The translations under genes were made by a program, and so were the position numbers. A DNA stretch of 64,000 nucleotides, taken from NCBI GenBank assembly GCA_965240325.2, contig OZ251243.1, forward strand, positions 1,178,001-1,242,000. Direction: 5' to 3'. Below are positions 27,842-41,125 of this stretch, one piece after another; within the stretch, counting starts at the first letter, position 1; each line of letters opens with the position of its first letter. This DNA is from Rebecca billardiae RCC1528 (lineage: Eukaryota > Protista > Haptophyta). The notes under the pieces are model-generated. The model saw only the letters and a list, made by a program, of their open reading frames with translations, did no database searches and was not told the DNA's origin.

Positions 27842-28444
27842 ATGCTGGCCCGCATCGCGCCCGCGCTCGCGCTGGTCTTCGCCGCGGGCACGGCGGCGGG
27901 CACCACCCTCGCGCGCACGGCGGCGCCCACCCGCGCACCCCGGAGCCACGCCGCCCGCGCCGTGCGCATGCTCGCCGACGACGTCCCGCCGGTCGACGAC
28001 GAGGAGAGACTGTCGCGCACGCTCGCCGTGCTCCAGGCTGAGCTCGGGCAGCTCACGGCCGAGCGGGAGGCGATTGGGCGCGAGATCGAGCGGAAGCGCG
28101 TGGTGCAGCGGTACGTGCTCGACCAGCTCGGCGCGGCCTACTCGCGCTCCATCCTCGAGCAGCGCAAGGCCGCGCTTCTGAGCGAGGTCCGGAGCGGCGC
28201 GCCGAGCGGCAAGCGCGTCGCCCTGCTCGTCGACTCGCTGCTCGCCGCGTGCGCGTCGGAAGAGGCGGCGAAGGGCGCGAGGGCGGGATCGTGGAAGCTG
28301 GCGTACCCGCCCCCCGGCTTCTTCGACCGCCTCTTCGGCGGCGGCGCCGTCCGCCTGCCGCCCGGCGCCGTGGTCGTCGACCCGACCGTCGCCGTCTGCC
28401 CCGAGGGCGCGTACGGCGCGCCGAGCGTGTACACGGCGGAGTGA
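27842..28444 (+). CDS. Putative plastid-targeted hypothetical protein (coiled coil; weak PAP/fibrillin-like G.WKLAY motif); may continue in a further exon
   Basis: Signal peptide MLARIAPALALVFAAG plus Arg/Ala/Thr-rich transit region ending RM; host-like codons; divergent from DGK. Confidence 0.6.
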   Translation: MLARIAPALALVFAAGTAAGTTLARTAAPTRAPRSHAARAVRMLADDVPPVDDEERLSRTLAVLQAELGQLTAEREAIGREIERKRVVQRYVLDQLGAAYSRSILEQRKAALLSEVRSGAPSGKRVALLVDSLLAACASEEAAKGARAGSWKLAYPPPGFFDRLFGGGAVRLPPGAVVVDPTVAVCPEGAYGAPSVYTAE

Positions 28445-28714
28445 GCGCCGAGGGGGCGCGGCGGTGGGTTAGGGGGGCACGCGGGCGTAGCGTGGCAGCC
28501 GTGATGCCTGGGCGGTGGTGATTGTGCTGGGGCCCTGACAGGCGGCCGTATGATGACAGGCACTAGACAGGGGCGGTCCGGTCGAACACGCGAAGACCTG
28601 GACGATCGACGTTTTGTCACTTTTGTAACAGCATTGTCACGAGTTTCGCGGCAGGAGCGGCTCCGGCTGCGCACCCCCCTGGCCGGAAGGGTGGTCCTGG
28701 CAGCCGCCTGCAGC

Positions 28715-30313
28715 ATGCCGGCCGGCGGCGCGCTGCCGAGGCCGGCGTTCGCGCTCAGCCTCGTGCTCTTCGCGTTCAACGAGAGCTGCGTCGAGCTGGA
28801 GTGCCCGCTCGCGCTGTGGATGCACCGCGCCGACCAGCTCGGCGCGCTCCTGCAGCGCCACGCCCACGTCCGCGTCGCGCTCGACGTCTTCTCGCCGTGC
28901 CGCGCGCCGGCCAACGCGACGACGCGCGCGGGCGTCGCGCTGCGCACGCACACGGGCGTGCCCGCCGAGCTGGAGCGCGCGCTCGCGTTCGCGCCGGAGC
29001 ACGCGCGGCTCACCTCCGCGCACATCGAGTCGATGGCGCACGCGCTCCGCAAGTGGGCCGTGTACTCTCTCACAGACGTCGAGTGCGCGGCCGTGTTCGA
29101 GGTGGACATGGATCCTCTCGACGCCTCGCTCTCGGCGCACGGCGCGGCGGTGGCGGCGGACTGGCTGGGCGCGCTCGCGCGGTTCCGGCGCGTCGGCGCG
29201 TACCTCGGATCGCTGCCCGGCCCCGTCGCGCCGGTCAACGGCGGCTTCCTCCTCGCCAAGCCGAGCGCGCGCCTCTTCGCCGAGGGCGTGCAGGTGCTGC
29301 TGGCCGCCAACGCGAGCGGCGCCGAGGTGTTCAACGTGTCGCACGGCTGGGCGCTGGCGGGCCCGCCGCGCGAGGTGGTGCCGAGGTCGGACGGCGCGTG
29401 GGCGCCCGACGCGAGCAACAGCTCGCTGCCCTTCCTGCGCAACAACCGCTGGGCGTTTGTGAAGGCGGACGCTGACCAGGTGTGCGATCGTGTGCGTGTG
29501 TGTGTGTGCGTGTGTGTGTGTGTGTGTGTGCGTGTGTGTGTGTGTGCGCGCGCGCGCGCGTGCGTGCGTGCGTGTGCGTGCGTGGGTGGGTGGGTGGGTG
29601 TGCGAGCAAGTGCCGAGACGCGACGCGCGGCGCCGCAGACGGCACGCGCGCGCGCAAGGCCGGGGGAAAGGGCGCGGTGACCGGCCGTCCTGCTGCGCGC
29701 GCCTGGCACCGCGCCGTGCGCTGCCGGCAGGCCGTGCCGCTCACGCCCGCGCGCCGCCGCCGCCGCGCGCGCATCGGCCGCCCCCGCGACCCTTCCGGGA
29801 CACTTCCGGGACACGTCCGGGCAACCACAGGGCTTCTTCTACTTCATGCTGCGCGTGCGGCACCGGCTGGGCGTGGACCTGTGCATGCTGCCCGAGCTCG
29901 AGCCCACCCGGCCGCCGCCGCGCGTGCGGTACCGGCTGCCCCACTACTACTTCGCGCCGCACGCGCTGATGCCCTCGACGCGCGACAAGCGCTGCCGGCC
30001 GGTGCGCGCGCGGCGGGCGTCGCTGCTGCAGCGGCTGGGGATGGTGGACGCGTGGGTGGTGGCGGCACTCACCTCCTTCCAGAGGGGAGTGGACGAGGCG
30101 CTCGTCCCGCCCGAGGTGGGCGCCGCGTGCACCAACGCCTGGACGCGGCTGCGCGCGTGCGTGCGGCAGCAGGCCCTGGCAGAGCCCGGCGGCTTCAACT
30201 GGCTGCGCAAGCACGGCGGCTCGCGCGAGGGCAGCGTGCGCACGGAGTGGCCGATGCCCGCCGTCTTCGCGCACAGCGAGTCCGGTGGGCGGTGTGCGGT
30301 GCAGTGGATCTAG
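28715..30313 (+). CDS. GT-A fold glycosyltransferase, GT8/glycogenin-like. Exons 28715-29479, 29831-30313
   Basis: RKWAVYSLTD..VFEVDMD (KL..W.LT..DxD), VNGGFLLAKPS (NSG..PS), and ADQ|GFFY (DQG) restored across a GT-AG intron; N-terminal hydrophobic anchor. Confidence 0.7.
29490..29600. repeat. (GT)n/(GC)n/(GGGT)n compound microsatellite in the glycosyltransferase intron
   Basis: Direct reading of the sequence. Confidence 0.9.
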
Positions 30314-30898
30314 GCGCGCTGCCCAGCTGCGCGCAGGGCGGAGACGAGCCTCGGGCGTTGGCTCCTCCGCCGGATAGCGGCCGGACGGCAGCGGCGGCGG
30401 GCGGCGCCGGCCCGGCGCGGCCGGCGTGGGCCGACGCCAGGCGGCGCCGCGGTCTGAACGGTACTCTCCGAACGGTGCCAGTCGGAGAGGACGCCCGGAG
30501 TGCAACCGGGTATACGCGGTCAAGCTCCTTGACCTTCCGCCCTGTGAGGCTCGCCCGGTCGACCACGTCGTGCTCGGCGTCACTAGCCGTATAGAGCCAA
30601 AACGGCCGGCGCCAACTGAGCAAGATCCGACGAGATCTCGGCCACGACGACGCCCACGGTGTCGGCCGCCATTGTAGTTGTTCGTGCTTGTCGTGAGTCG
30701 ACGGGGGCTTTTCAGCACGAAGCTCGCGCAAGCTTCGTCCGCCTTCGCTCCCGACGCACTCGGTGGATCGGCGTCCAATCAGAAGTGGCGCCTGCCTCAA
30801 TTCCCACCACGGCAGGCGCGGTGCCAAACTGCAGGCGACTTGCTGGGCGTGTGCAGCGCTGCATCTGCCCACCATCGCGTGGCTGCCCTGGGCGCACG

Positions 30899-32746
30899 AT
30901 GCACGCGGCGCTGGTGGCAGGCTTGGTCGCCGCCGCGGGCTGGCTCGGCGGCGGCAGGGGCGGGGCCGCGGCGGGCGTGTCCCGCGCGCGGCTCGCGACG
31001 AGCGCGTGCCGCGCCTCCACGCAGCCCTCGCCGCCCGCGCCCTCCGGCTCGTCGTGGCTCGGCGCCGGCGGCGACGTGGACGAGGAGCGGCGGCGCGAGA
31101 GCAAGCTCGAGGCGTGGCTCACGTCGCAGGGCGTGTACCTGGCGGCGCAGAGCTCGTGGGGGCAGGCGCCGCACCCGCTGGGCATCGCCACCCAGACCAA
31201 GGACTCCGACCTGCAGGACTCCGGCCGCGGCCTCCTCGCCACCCGCGGCGTGCGGCAGGGGGACCCGCTCTTCCGCGTGCCCGAGAACGTGTGCATGACG
31301 CGCGCGCGCGCGGCGAAGGAGCTCGGCGCGGACGTGGTGCACGGCGGGCTGGGCGAGCACGAGGCGCTCGCACTGCTGCTCATGCGCGAGCGCCACCTCG
31401 GCGACGCCTCGTTCTGGTCGCCGTACGTCGACGTGCTGCCCGCGTCTGCGGACGACGTCGACGCGTCTTGGGCGTGGTCGGACGCGGAGCTCGAGATGCT
31501 CGCGGGCTCGTCGGCGCTCAACGAGGCGCGCGAGTTCCAGAAGCGGATCGCCGACTCGTACGCCGAGCTCGCCGCGCCCGCCGGGCCGATCGACACGATG
31601 GTCGCCAAGGGCCTTGCGCCCGCCGCCGCGCTCTCCGAGGCTCAGTTCAAGTGGGCGATGGCGGTGCTCTTCTCGCGCGCGATCAACATGCGCGCGATGG
31701 ACGCGCTGGTGCTCGCGCCGTACGCGGACCTGCTCAACCACTCGCCCGCGTCCAACGCCATCTTCGAGGCGGAGAAGCCCTTCCTCTCCGACGAGCACGA
31801 GATCGTGTGCTATGCCGACCGGCAGTACGGCAAGATGGAGCAGGTGGGTAAAGCGGGTACCGCGGGTAATGCGGGTACAGCGGCGAGCGTGCGCGGTGGG
31901 GCGGCGGGGCGGGGCTGGGTGCGGGCGGGCAGCACGGCGTGCGCACGCCACGGGCGCGGCACGGCCAGCGCGCGCGCGGCGCACACCCGCACCGCATGCC
32001 ACGCCTCACACGCCGCCGCGCCGCGCCGCGCGCACGCGCGCGCGCGCCCTCCGCCCACTGTCTGCTGCTCTGCTGTGTCTGCTCCGCTGTGCGTCCGTCC
32101 GGCTGTTGTGTTCGCTCTCTCTCTCTCTGGCAGGTGTACCTCTCGTACGGCAAGCGCTCGAACCAGGAGCTGCTGCTGCTGTACGGCTTTGTGATCGACC
32201 GCAACCCCTTCGACGAGGTGCGCGCGGCTCGCAGCGCGCATGCGCGCGCGCACGCAAGCGCGGCGCGCCGCCACGCCGACCGAGCGCCGCCCGTGCCGCG
32301 CGCGTCGGCGGCGCACGCAGGTGGTGCTGAGCGTCTCGCTCGAGGAGTCGGCGCCGCGATACGAGGAGCAGCTCGAGTTCCTCCGCCTACGCCGCCGCCG
32401 CGCCTCCATCTCCTTCCCTCTGCGGGTGGACCGCTTCCCGGACGAGCTGATCCAGTTCACTCGGTTTGCGTGCATGGGGCCGGGAGATGGCGATCTCGAG
32501 ACGGCCGACTACACGCGGCCAATCACGCGGCGCAACGAGGAGGCGGCGCGCGCCGCGGTGGTCACGGCGTGCGAGGCCGCGCTCGCCAAGTACCCGCGCA
32601 CGCTCGCCGAGGACCGCGCGCTCGCCGCCGACCGCGGCGCGCGCGCCCTCCTGGGCAACCGCGGGTACATGGCCCTGCGGCTGACTATGAACGAGAAGGC
32701 CATTCTGGAGCGCGCCGTGCGCGCGGTGAACGCGCTCGCGTGGTAG
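30899..32746 (+). CDS. Plastid-targeted SET-domain lysine methyltransferase (Rubisco LSMT-like). Exons 30899-31843, 32134-32217, 32321-32746
   Basis: SGRGLLATR, SFWSPYVDVLP, FKWAMAVLFSRA, LAPYADLLNHS, EQ|VYLSYGKRSNQELLLLYGF, and C-terminal substrate-binding domain YPRTLAED...EKAIL. Confidence 0.92.
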
Positions 32747-33574
32747 CGGCGGCGTGCTGGGGGCGTGGGCGAGGGCTGGCCGGCGGGCTCTGCGCGAGGG
32801 CGCCGGTGGCAGGCGCGCAACGTCGCGTCGCGTACGCTCACGTCGCGTCGTCTCGTTGCCTGCATGACGACACGCCGCCCCTGGCCAGCGGGCTGCGCGT
32901 CGCCCCGCCGGTGCTGCGGCCGCACGTGTGTCCGACGACGGCGGATCGACTGTCCCACGAAGATCATCATCGTCATCGATCATCATCATTTATTACGACG
33001 ACGCGATATATATACCGATGACGACAGCAGACAGCATGCATATATCAGCTATATATAGCGCACGGACGAAGCGATGCGATGATATATATATATATATATA
33101 CCGCTATACCGCCGCGTATATAGCTGGTCGTAGTATCGTCAGCATGCTGATGATGCAGCATGATATAGTAGTAGACATACTACGATACAGCATCATCTCG
33201 TCGCAGTAGTCCGCATATGTATATACATACGAGTTACGATGCGCGCACGTCGCCGTCGGCGCACGACACGTCCGCGGGACTCCTCGTTGCTGATAATCGT
33301 CGCGCCGCGCGGGCGTGGCCGCGTGCTGATTGATGATGCGCGCGTGCGCTGCGCGCTGTGCCGTGTGCATGCCCAGCAGCAGGCCAGCAGCGTGGCTGCC
33401 ATGCTGCCCGGGATGCCCTGCGCAGCCCCGCGCCGCGCCCCCGTTTCCGCGCCGGCTGCTGGCCTAGGCCAAGGCTGCAGCTGCTGGGCTGCCGCGCTGC
33501 CGTCATCCGCACTGCGCCGGCCGCGCAGCGGAGGGTTGCAGCTGCTGGCGGCCACTCGGCCGCGCTGCCTCCGC

Positions 33575-35853
33575 TCAGACGCTCTTCTTCAGCCCGAGCT
33601 TCTCGAGCAGCCCGCGCTTCGAGCCCTGCGAGACCATCTTGAGGATCTTCTCGCCGGCCTCGCCCTCGCGCAGGGGCGCTATGCGCTTCCCCACGTCAGT
33701 GAACTCGGGCCGTTTGGTCGGGTCGGCGCTCCAGCAGTCCTCGAGCAGCGCCTTGACCTCCTCCGGCCACGGCTTGGGCAGCGCGGGGCGCAGCGCCTTC
33801 GGCCCCGCCACCGCCTGCGCGATCCCCTCCTCCGGCAGGTAGAGGCCCGAGTAGGCGCGCTCGCGCATCAGCAGCTCGAACATGATGATGGCTGCACGCG
33901 CACGCGCACGCGCACACGCGCAAGCGCGCGCGCGCACGGGGGCGTGCGCGCGGGGGAGGGCCGCGCGGCGCGAGCTGAGCGAGCGCATGCTGGCCGCGTG
34001 CGACGCGCGCGCGCGCGCTGCGGGGGCGCCCAGGCAGCGTCGCGCCGCGCGCGCGGCCCGCGCCCCGGGGGCAGTCCGCGCGCGCGCGCGGCGTGTGGCG
34101 CGTGCGCGCGCGCGGCGCGTGCGGCCCCGGCCGCCTGGCCTGGCGCGCGCACCGAAGGAGAACTGGTCGACCTTGTGCGTGTACTTCTCGCCCCGGAAGT
34201 TCTCGGGCGCCATGTACCGCAGCGAGCCGACCAGTCCGGTCATGTCGCTGCCCTTGCCGGACATCTGGCCGCTCGTCTCCTTGGGGTCGTTGCGCGCCAG
34301 CATCACCACAGACCTGCGCGCCTGCTCCTTGCGCTTCTCGATCTCAAACGAGGCGAGCCCGAAGTCGGCCACCTTGGCCACGCGCTCCTTGCCGCACAGC
34401 ATCACGTTGCCGGGCTTCAGGTCTCGGTGTACAATCGGCGGCTTGCACCTGGCGCGGGGGCGGAGGCGGGGCGGGCGCGGCGCGTTGAAGGGCGCGTGCG
34501 TGCGTGTGCGCGTGCGTGCGTGTGCGCGTGCGTGCGTGTACGCGTGCGTGCGTGTGCGCGTGCGTGCGTGTGCGCGTGCGTGCGTGTGCGCGTGCGTGCG
34601 TGTGCGCGTGCGTGCGTGTGCGCGTGCGTGCGTGTGCGCGTGCGTGCGTGTGCGCGTGCGTGCGTGTGCGCGTGCGTGCGTGTGCGCGTGCGTGCGTGTG
34701 CGCGTGCGTGCGTGCGTGCGTGGACGGAGGGCCGCGCCGCGTGCGGACCGGCCGGCACCGCCGCGGGGGGCGGCAGCACGCCCGCCGCCGGCGGCGCACT
34801 GCGCGTCGCCCTGCCCACGCCCCGCACGCGCCCGCCCACAGCCGCCCGCCGCTGCCTAACCCTAACCCTAACCCTAACCTAACCCTAACCCGCTGCAGCG
34901 CACCTGTGGAGAAACTCCATGCCGCGCGCCACGTCCTGTGCCCAGCGCATGCCGTCCGTGACGGTGTACGGCTTCGACGCCTGGCCGGGCGCCTGGATCA
35001 TGTCCTTGAGCGAGCCGTGGCTGCGCCCGGCGGGGCAAGCAGCGGCGGGGCAGCAAGCGGCGGGGCAAGGAGCGGCGCAGCGTGCGCCGGGCGCACGCGC
35101 CGGGGCGGGCACCAACGGCGGCGCGGCGCAGCAGAGGCGGAGAGGCGTGTGAGCGCCACGGGCACCGCGCCACAGGCGTGCGTGCGCGTGGCGGGCGTGA
35201 CGCGAGGCGAGGCGCGGCAGGTGGGCGGAGTGCCCGCGTGCTGTGCTGCCAGGCCGACGGCCGGCAGCGGCTGAGCCCACCGGCCGCGCGGCGGGCGGCG
35301 CGGCGCTGGGCCCGCGCACGCGCGAGGGCGCCCGGCACACACGCCCAAGCGCCGCGGCCCCGCGCGTGCGCCCCACCCCCCCGGGCTCCAGCCGCGCGCC
35401 ACGCGTGCCGTGCGCGTGTGCGCCACGCCGTCGGCTCGCGTGCGCGCCCGCCGCCCGCAGCGCGCGCCCCGCCGCGCCGCAGCGCCCCGGGCTGCGAGCG
35501 CGCGCCGGCCGGCCCGCCCGAATCGAGCCCACCGCGCGCGTGGCGACACACACCCCGCAGCGCGCCCGCAGCGCGCACCCACGCCCGCGCGCCCCGGGTT
35601 CGCGCCCGCGCCCCGCTCCGCGCAGACCCCGCGCGCACCCGCCGTACTCCAGCACCAGCCCAAGCTCCTCGACGCCGCGGTTGTCCGCATACAGCCCGCA
35701 GCCGATGTAGCCGATCACGTTCGGGTGGACGAGCTTCTTGAGCATCAGCACCTCGTGCGCGAACTCCTGGAGCGCGTCCTTGTGCATCGCCTCCACCTTC
35801 ATCTTCACGGAGGGCGTCTCGTCGTTCTTCGAGTTGGCCTGGCGCCGCGCGGC

Positions 35854-35884
<31 letters not shown>

Positions 35885-36416
35885 GCGGCGGCGCGGGAGG
35901 GGGCGGCGGGGCGCGGGGCGCGGCTCGCGCGTGAGAGCGAGCTGCCGCCCGCGCGCGCGCCTGGCGGGCGTGCCTGCCCCGGCATGGGCGGCCCGCCACG
36001 GCTCGGGCTCCTCGCGCGCGCCGCGCAGGCGCGCGCAGTCTCTCTCCCTCGCTCGCTCGCTCTCGCGCGCGCGCGGCTCGCGCCGCCCGGCCCGCGTCCG
36101 CACGCACCGCCATGTAGTCAGCCTTCATCTGCTGGAGCGACTTGAGCTTCTTGACGGCGACGAGGCCGCCCGATTCGGTGACCACCTTCGCGACGTGCGA
36201 GCCCGCCGCCGACTTGGGCGGCGTGTACGAGCACTTGTACACGACGCCGAAGCCGCCCTCGCCGAGCGGCGAGACGATCGTGAGCTCGTCCGCGTGGATG
36301 ACGGCGCCCTCGTCCTGCACGAGCTTGGTGAGCTTGGCGTACGACTCGTCGGAGGCGTTGACGAAGGGCACGAGCGCCGAGAGGTCCGGCCCGCTGTTCG
36401 TCCGCGCGCGCTGCAT
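33575..36416 (-). CDS. Tyrosine-kinase-like (TKL) Ser/Thr protein kinase. Exons 36416-36108, 35838-35639, 35020-34904, 34448-34153, 33891-33575
   Basis: LGEGGFGVV, VAVKKL, HPNVIGYIG, DVARGMEFLH, HRDLKPGNVML, DFGLA, GSLRYMAPE, CWSADPTKRPEF. Confidence 0.95.
34493..34721. repeat. 16-bp minisatellite (GCGTGCGTGCGTGTGC) x ~14 in kinase intron 3
   Basis: Near-perfect tandem array. Confidence 0.9.
34855..34891. repeat. Interstitial telomeric repeat (CCCTAA)n / (TTAGGG)n in kinase intron 3
   Basis: CCTAACCCTAACCCTAACCCTAACCTAACCCTAACCC, about 6 units. Confidence 0.9.
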
Positions 36417-37029
36417 GGCCCGCCGTCGCACGCGCGCCGCCGCAGACTCGCCCAGCGCGCAGGGTGGCGGCGGCGCCCGGAAGCGCCAACAAGCTGTGGT
36501 GCCAAAGCTGGTGTGGCGGCGCCTCGTGTCTAATTCAGACTGCTGTCCGGGGACAAACCGATCTGGACACGCGGAGATCCTGACCAGCGCGTGCCCGCGT
36601 CAGAACGTGGAACCGCCGAGATGGCAATCTCGTCCGATCATCCGCGCTTGGACGCCCAACGCGCGTATGAGCCCAAATCGTAACGTGCATGTATTCATAC
36701 GGCTCAAGAGCTCAACCGCCGATAAACAAGGGGCCTCCCAAGTGGGCAGCTGGGCGCGTTCTGGGATCTCCGCGCCCGATCTGCCTAGGTCTACATAGGC
36801 GTGCGAGCCGCGCGTCGCGCATGGAAAATGATAGCGACGATCCCTGACCGAGCTTTGACCGAGGGCGGCTCGAAGCATCGTCTGTTGGCCCTAGCCGGCG
36901 AGCCATCCCAGGCAGGCGAGGAAGGGCAGGGCGACACGGCGGGCGCCGGCAGGGAGGCTGGCAACCCTCGCGGCCGCGCCACGGGGGCGCGCTGGGGAGC
37001 GCGCCACCGGCGGTGGTGTGGGCGTGCAC

Positions 37030-38996
37030 ATGCCCGCATCGCCCACCAAGAGACGATCCAACGGCGACGACTCGGACGAGCTCTCGCCGCGCGCGCGCTG
37101 GTCCGCGCGCGCGCCGCCGCCATACATTGCGGCCACCGGCGCGCGACGAGCGTCGGGCGCGCCCGAGCTGCTGCCGGTGTACGGCGCGGCGGCGGGGCAG
37201 CGGCGCGGGAGCGGCAGCGTCGAGCCCGACTCGCCGAGCACCTCGTCCCTCCGCGCGATGCACCTCAGGCGGCCGTCGCGCGGGCACGCGGACGCGGGCG
37301 GCGCGGGCAAGCCGCCGGTGCTGCCAGCGCTCGCGCCGCCGCCGCCCGCGGCGGGGCTGCCGTACGCGGCGGTGGGCGTGGGCACGGAGCTGCGCCACCT
37401 CACCGAGCGCAGAGCCACGCACGACGGCGCCGCCGCGCTCCACCCGGCCGGCCCGGCCGGCGCCGCGAGCGGCGGCGACGTGACGCGCGGCTCCACGGCC
37501 AGATCGACCACCCGGCCGACCTCGGAGTCCGGCGCGTCGACGGTGGTCGGGGAGAGCCTGGCGGCGCAGCGCGGCTCGCTGCACGCGACGCCGCCGCCCG
37601 CCGCGCACACCACGCCGCTCCCCGGCCCGCAGCTCATCGGCGGCGTCCCCGCCCCCGGCGTGGGCGCGCGCGGCGTCGCGAGGCGGCGCTCAAAGGTGGC
37701 GCCGCCGGGCGCGCACGAGCGAGAGAGCCTGCGCGAGGGAGGGCGGCTGGAGTCGGCGTCTGTGCAGAGCGAGGAGGAGGAGGCGGCGGGGATGGCGCTG
37801 CCGCGCCCGACGCGCTCGCGCCGCCCGCTCGGCGGCGGCGGCGGCGCCGGCGGCGCGCGTCTCTCGCCCATCGCGCCGCCGCGCCCCGCGTTTGAGGCAC
37901 CGGGCGTGGGGCCGGAGGGCGGCGGCGCGGAGCCCGAGCACTACTCACAATACTCACCGAGTACTGACGCGGGCTCGGTCACGAACGCGGCCGCGGCGGT
38001 CGCGGCGATCCTGCGGCCGCCGACGCTGACGGCGGCGGTGGAGCGGCAGCTGCGCGAGCTCAACGTCGACATCGAGGGCTCGCTCACCAAGGCGCGGCTC
38101 GACGAGCTGCGCTACCAGCTCGAGGACATGGAGCTAGCGCCGGGCACCGGCAGCGCGGGGCCGTCGGTGCTCGAGGCGCGGGACTCGATCGCGCAGGTGG
38201 ACGCGGGGATCGCCGCGGCGCTGGGGATGCACATTGGGTTCGGCCGGAAGCGCGGCGCGAAAGCGGAGAAGGAGGGGCGCGCCTCGGCGAAGCCGCGCCG
38301 CGCGGGCGCCGCCGCCGCGCGCGAGCCTGACGGGAACGGGACGGGCGGCGGCGGCGCGGCGCTGCCGCCGCCGCCGGGCGCGGAGCGCGTGCCCGGGCTG
38401 GTCGAAGCGATTTCGCCCGACTTCACCGAGGCGCAGGCGATCGAGGTGCTGCAGATCCTGCGCGACCAGCTGCAGCTGGACGTGGAGGTGCCCGTCTCGG
38501 CCTTCGTCATCCTCGAGCGCTGCCTGCAGGCCCCCGCCAAGCGCCGCCTCCTGACGCCCACGTCGTGGCGGCAACTGCTCATCACCGCCGTCATCCTCGC
38601 CGCCAAGACGTGGTACGACGAGCAGCTGTGGCTGGTGGACGTGCGGCACCAGCTGCGCGGGTACTTTGAGCTGGAGCACCTCGGGCGGCAGGAGGCGGAG
38701 ATGTGCAAGCTCGTGCAGTTCCGCTTCAACGTCACGCCCAAGGTGCGCGCGCGCGCGCGCGCGGCCGGACGGGGCCGGGGGGCGCCGAGTGCGCGCGCGC
38801 TGCCGCCTGGCTGCGGCGCGGCCGCCGCTGACCGCCGCTGCTCTGCGCGCGCGCGCGCCCTGCCGCGTGCGGCGGCGCACAGAGCTTCTACGAGTACTAC
38901 TTTGCGCTGCGGGACCTCGGGCGGAAGCGCCTCGAGGCGGAGCACGAGAAGGAGGGCTCGTTCAAGCGCAGCGGGCACAGGCGAGCGTCGAGATGA
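37030..38996 (+). CDS. Cyclin-Y-like protein with a long disordered N-terminus. Exons 37030-38742, 38883-38996
   Basis: LQLDVEVPVSAFVILER..TSWRQLLITAVILAAKTWYDEQLWLVD..EAEMCKLVQFRFNVTPK|SFYEYYFALR matches the CCNY cyclin box (NWKRIVLGAILLASKVWDD..FNINVP..YAKYYFDLR). Confidence 0.85.
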
Positions 38997-39227
38997 CACG
39001 CGGAGCTGCCGCCTCGATCAGTTTCGGGTCAGTCAGGGCCGAGCGCACGACGTGCGTTATTGGCAGTTGTAACGAACTCTCATCGAATACTACGCGCGGG
39101 ATCGAGAATTCTGCGCGAAGAAAACTCCTGAAAACTGAAAACTCCATCGTGGATCCCTGTCGGCCGCGCCGTCTCGTCGTTTGAGTTCGCCGAGGCATCG
39201 CCGCGCCGTCGGGGCTGGCGCGGCTGC

Positions 39228-41092
39228 ATGGCGCACCGGCCCGCGTCGCCGTCGGCGTGGACGCTGGACGAGCTGCGCGAGGCGGAGGTGCAGCACACGC
39301 GCTGGGCGAAGCGCGACACCAGCTCACCCGTCGCCGACGAGTCGCTGCCGCTCGGCCTCGCCGGCATCCGCGCGCCGCACGAGCGGCCGCGCTCGCCCGC
39401 CGAGCGCACCTCGCCGAGCGGCGTGCCGCAGATGGGCCGGATGGCGGCGGAGCGCGACGCGCGCGGGGCGGGGCGGAGTAGCTCTGCGCCGCGCTACGAG
39501 CGCGCCCACGCCGAGACCCTCGCGCGCTCCGCCCGCGCCGAGGGCGAGCGCGCCGCGCGCGCCAATGCGGAGCGCGCCTCGCTCGAGTCGCTCGCGTCGC
39601 GCGCCGAGGCGGCGCTCTCGCGCAACTCGGAGCGGCTGCGCCCGTCGTCGCCGGCGTCGTCGGCGGCGTTCGCCGCGCGAGACCGCCTCGCCGCCGCCGC
39701 CGCGCGGCCGCGGCCCGCCTCCGCGCCGCGCGCGACGCCGCGGCGCGCGTGGGCGGGCGCGCGCGCCGTACCGGCCGCCGACGAGGAGGAGGAGGCGGCG
39801 GACTCGCCGCTTCGCGAGGCGCTGGAGCGCGCGCGGCGCGAGTCGTCGGCACTGCGTGCAGAGGTGACGCAGCGCGAGCGCGCGCTGCGCGACTACAAGC
39901 GCCGCGTCGACCAGGAGGTGTGCGCACGCGCACGCGGCGGCGCGGCGGCGGAGACTGACTGGGCGGAGAGGAGAAGGCGCGCCCGCGCGTGTGCCGTGCG
40001 TGCGCCGCGCGCGCGCACATGCGGTGGCGGCGGTGCGGCCGCGAGCGGCGTCGTCGGGCGTGGCTCACGCGGCGCGCGCCCTTGCCGCCCCCTCCGCGCC
40101 GCGCAGGTCGGCGTCCTCTCGCAGCGCCTCGAGGGCTACCAGCACGAGCGCACACGCGAGGTGCTGCGTCACTCGATACAGCTGCGCTCGCTGCAGCAGC
40201 GGCTGCTGGATGGGAGTGGCGGCGGCGATGGCGGTGGTGGCGGCGGTGGGGCGGGAGGCCGCGGCGGCGGGGATGGCGGTGGCGGGCCCGGTTGGGGGGC
40301 GGCTGCGCGCGCGCGCGCGCTGGGCGGGGCGGAGGGCGGCTGGATGGCCGAGGGTGCCGGCGCGTCGGCGCTTCGGCAGCCGCCGCGCCGCGCCGCGCCG
40401 CGCCGACACCGGCCCGGCAGCGCGCGACGCCGGCGCGGCGCGTCGCCCGGGGTGCACGCTGCGCCGGGCGGCGGCGTGGCGCGCACGCCGTCGGCGCACT
40501 CGCAGCTCTCGTGGGCCGCGCCGCGCGGCGGCGCCGCGCTCGTGCCCGCGGCCGCAGCCGCCGCAGGCCGCTCCCCCCTCCGCCACGGGGGCGCGCCGAG
40601 CCCGGCGCCCGCGGGCGTGCGCGCGGCTTCTGCTGGCAGCGACCTCGACTATCTCGAGGCGGACCTGGGGTCGCTCTCGGACGACCTCGCGCGGTACGTG
40701 CGCGCGCGCGTGGGGCAGATCGAGCGCTCGGCGGGCGCGTGGGGCGGCGCCGCCGAGCAGCGCCGCCGCTCGCCGGGCGGCGCTTCAGGCCGCCGCTTCT
40801 CCGCCTCGGCCGTCGTGTCGACCGGCGCGGCGGCGGGCGGCGGCGCGCCGTGGCGCTTCGGCGCGTCGCCGCTGCCGACGCCGCCGCGCGCGCGCGCCGG
40901 CGCGACGACGCCGCTGAGCGGCAGCCGCGCGCGGCTGGGCGCCGCCTCGCCCGGCGTCTCCTCGCCCGGGCCCTCAGCCCCGGGCAGCGCGGCGCGCGCC
41001 GCCGCCGCCGCGCGCGACGGCAGTCGGCGAGGCCCGCCGCCGCCCGCGCGGCGTGTGCTGCTGCGGACGGCCGGCGGCGGCGCCGACGACGC

Positions 41093-41125
<33 letters not shown>

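Noticed and set aside
34493-34721. Regular repeat array as a possible CRISPR
   Set aside because: Tandem units with no unique spacers, inside a eukaryotic intron, and no cas genes.
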